A stretch of 64,000 bases of DNA, from positions 68,634,001-68,698,000 of the forward strand of contig CM060732.1 of the NCBI GenBank assembly GCA_030704615.1, read 5' to 3'. Below the pieces are notes generated by a model. The model saw only the letters and a list, made by a program, of their open reading frames with translations, was not told where the DNA came from and searched no databases. Shown here piece by piece: positions 61,712 to 64,000 of the stretch. This DNA comes from Takakia lepidozioides. Its lineage: Eukaryota; Plantae; Bryophyta. Numbering within the stretch: the stretch's first letter is position 1; the number at the start of each line of letters is the position of its first letter. Position numbers and translations under genes: made by a program.

Positions 61712-64000
61712 AAAAAAAACAAAAGGGGACGGAGGCCCTTTAAATCATATTAAAAGGAGTCTTGGAAAAAGTAACCAAGAACTTTGAGAATCGAAATGGA
61801 TTATTTCAACTATTGAATTCAATTCATTTTAAATAATTGAACTGGGCCTTTAAAGAGAGGTGGCATAACTAAAAAGCTACTTCACCTTACCCTTTCATAA
61901 GGGGGTTGGGTAGCATGTGAGCAGGCTCACGTGAGCATTCTCATTCTCATGCTCACGTGAGCAGAAGAGGATATACCAGAAATTCCTAGAATATCTTGAA
62001 AAGATGCTATAGCGAAACTCAAATGTGCAATTTGTGCTCGAGCAAACTTGTGCTCACGTGAGCACAAACGAGACGAAGAGAAATAGACATGGGAGAAATA
62101 GGCACAAAATGAGTCATGAATATGGATGGGCATCCTATTTCTGTGGTTTATTTTTCTGTATGCACAAGCACAGAACAATGCGTTAGCGAAATAAAACAAT
62201 CTCACATCGTCTCTTATATGCAAAACCAAACACAACACATTTTGGTTCGCCCACGAAACCATAGGATAATGACCTACGCAGCGATACCTAGAGATTTCGC
62301 CGACGAAACCCAATATTTCGCAGGCAAAACCCATTATTTCGTTGACGAAATTTGTTATTTCATTGACAAAACCCATTATTTCGCTGGCAAAACTCGATAC
62401 ATTATTTTTTTTCGTTAACGAAACCCGTTGTTTGCCTCATTATATTAAATTGTTCAACTATTGTTTGGTATTTGTGTGTTTTGGATGGTGTTGGTTATTG
62501 TGACTTTGTTTTCCCTAATGTGTTATTCCTTTCTAGGATACCCAAACTGTTCATATGTGGAACTTGGAGCTTGTACATATACATTATGGGTGCCTATTCC
62601 GCATTAGGGTTTTGGGTTAATAAGCACAGAAACCCTATAAATGCACCGTGTCTCTATATCCGCCATTGGTTTAATTCTGTTTTGAAAACATATAACTCAT
62701 GTGACCGCGGATTAAAAACATAAAACCCCCGTGACCCTGGGTTTGTGCTCGCGTGAGCTCTGCTTAGCGCTGTGCTCACGTGCTACCAACCCCCTTCAGA
62801 AGTGGGTTCTATTCCTTTCAACTCTGTAGGAGCTCTATAGCCACCCAGCGGTTTTGTTTCTGAAGCTGACAATTCATGAGGAAACTGTTTGATCACATGA
62901 GGGCATCACTCATTGATTGCACTCAGCTTTGCACAATGAATTTTTTTTTTTGCATTGTGTTTTACTTACCTTTCTTAAACATCTTGTTATACCCATCATT
63001 GATGCGGTTTTGTTAGGCCGTTTTGAGCTTTAAAGCTAATACCAGATCCTGACTATGAACCTACCGAGACTACACATCTCACATCATGGAGTTCATGTCA
63101 GGACACAAACAACCATTAACTTACTGCATTATTCATAGTAGATGTTGTGCGGCCCATGAATTGGAATACTCTAAATACTCAAATCAGCTTATATCACAAA
63201 ATTGTTAAAATGGGACGCCAAAGATACCTCAACTCATGATGTGTGCAAGTTTTGATACCAGAGCAACACAAAAATAAGTTATATCATATTTTGTCGTGCA
63301 TTTTGTAACTATCTCCAATATCAAACATCGAGTTGTCTTTGCCGTGAATTTAGGGTATTCTTGGGGGGCCTCCTTGTTAGATACAAAGAGCCTCTCACTT
63401 AAGGCCTATTTCCTTACCTTTCATAAATTGAACATTCTCTCCCCCCTCTTTCTAGGTGTCCTTACAGCCCGGGCCCACGTCTACTCAACAGCCCCCCCTT
63501 TTCTCTGGGGCTGCGGGTCCTTCCCGGGCTTTTCGACTCGCCTCCCACCAACTTCGTTATGCCAGCTTCTCACTCCCCCATTCCTTTTTAAATGAAACTT
63601 GGGTTTTCATATTAACTTGACGGTGTTCATCATTTTTTTCATATTTCCATGTGGTGCTAGGGTGAGGCCAAGAGTCTAATGTTTAAATGGAATTTGGATT
63701 CAAGGGCACATTTGATTTAAAAATCTCAACCTCTGTACAAATTAAATACACCATTTCATTTTTTTCATTTTTTTTAATTGTTTTCAAAGGGAAACACCTG
63801 CCAAGGAGCGACAGCTCACATTTCATTCCAGATTTGAAAGGTCAAATAAATAGTAACTGAATGTCAAGTTGTTGTAAATGTAGGTCACATTGGGATTCAA
63901 CATAAACTGTAGATATAACATTATTTTTGTCACTTAATCATGTGCATTGTTTCTTCTATCTTTCCAATGTACATTATCATTTCTTTCCTCCGAAAATCTA
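61712..64000 (+). repeat. Segmental duplicate of the F-box intergenic region (~15540-15630 plus 16229-17229)
   Basis: Colinear high similarity with copy-specific insertions. It runs off the window end. Confidence 0.92.
61900..62795. mobile_element. Non-autonomous TIR element (PIF/Harbinger-like MITE)
   Basis: TIRs AGGGGGTTGGGTAGCATGTGAGCA and TGCTCACGTGCTACCAACCCCCT. It is absent at the paralogous site ~16308. TCA occurs on both sides (imperfect). It has internal ~21-bp TTATTTCG repeats. Confidence 0.8.

Overview
Transposon-rich nuclear DNA of a land plant. It is probably a non-seed plant; this is inferred from Tcn1-like and Galadriel-like chromoviruses alongside PLS-PPR/DYW remnants and spliceosomal introns. 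Host content is sparse: one intact F-box gene (17960-19213), its inverted truncated paralog, a trihelix/Myb-SANT exon (29277-30042) and two decayed PPR-DYW genes. The rest is mobile DNA: (i) a Mutator-like element with a SWIM transposase and a convergent Ulp1-like protease gene (~5.8-13.8 kb); (ii) a second, different MULE/SWIM transposase pseudogene (34.7-51.2 kb) split by two nested gypsy chromoviruses, one decayed and apparently self-priming (35590-41959) and one intact with identical LTRs (43161-50136); (iii) copia, LINE, SINE, CACTA and MITE remnants, two inversions that can be reconstructed at near base resolution, and a segmental duplication of the F-box intergenic region. The main finding lies head-to-head with the second transposase: a spliced, now disabled gene (51868-58891) with a ParB/Srx-like DGNHR domain and a C-terminal beta-class N6A/N4C DNA methyltransferase-like domain. 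Its introns carry about 16 copies of a 26-30 bp palindrome (TCAACCTTGCGTYRACGCAAGGTTGA). This is a candidate transposon-borne 'ParB-MTase plus parS-like sites' system. All domain calls were made by eye from motifs; no searches were run.
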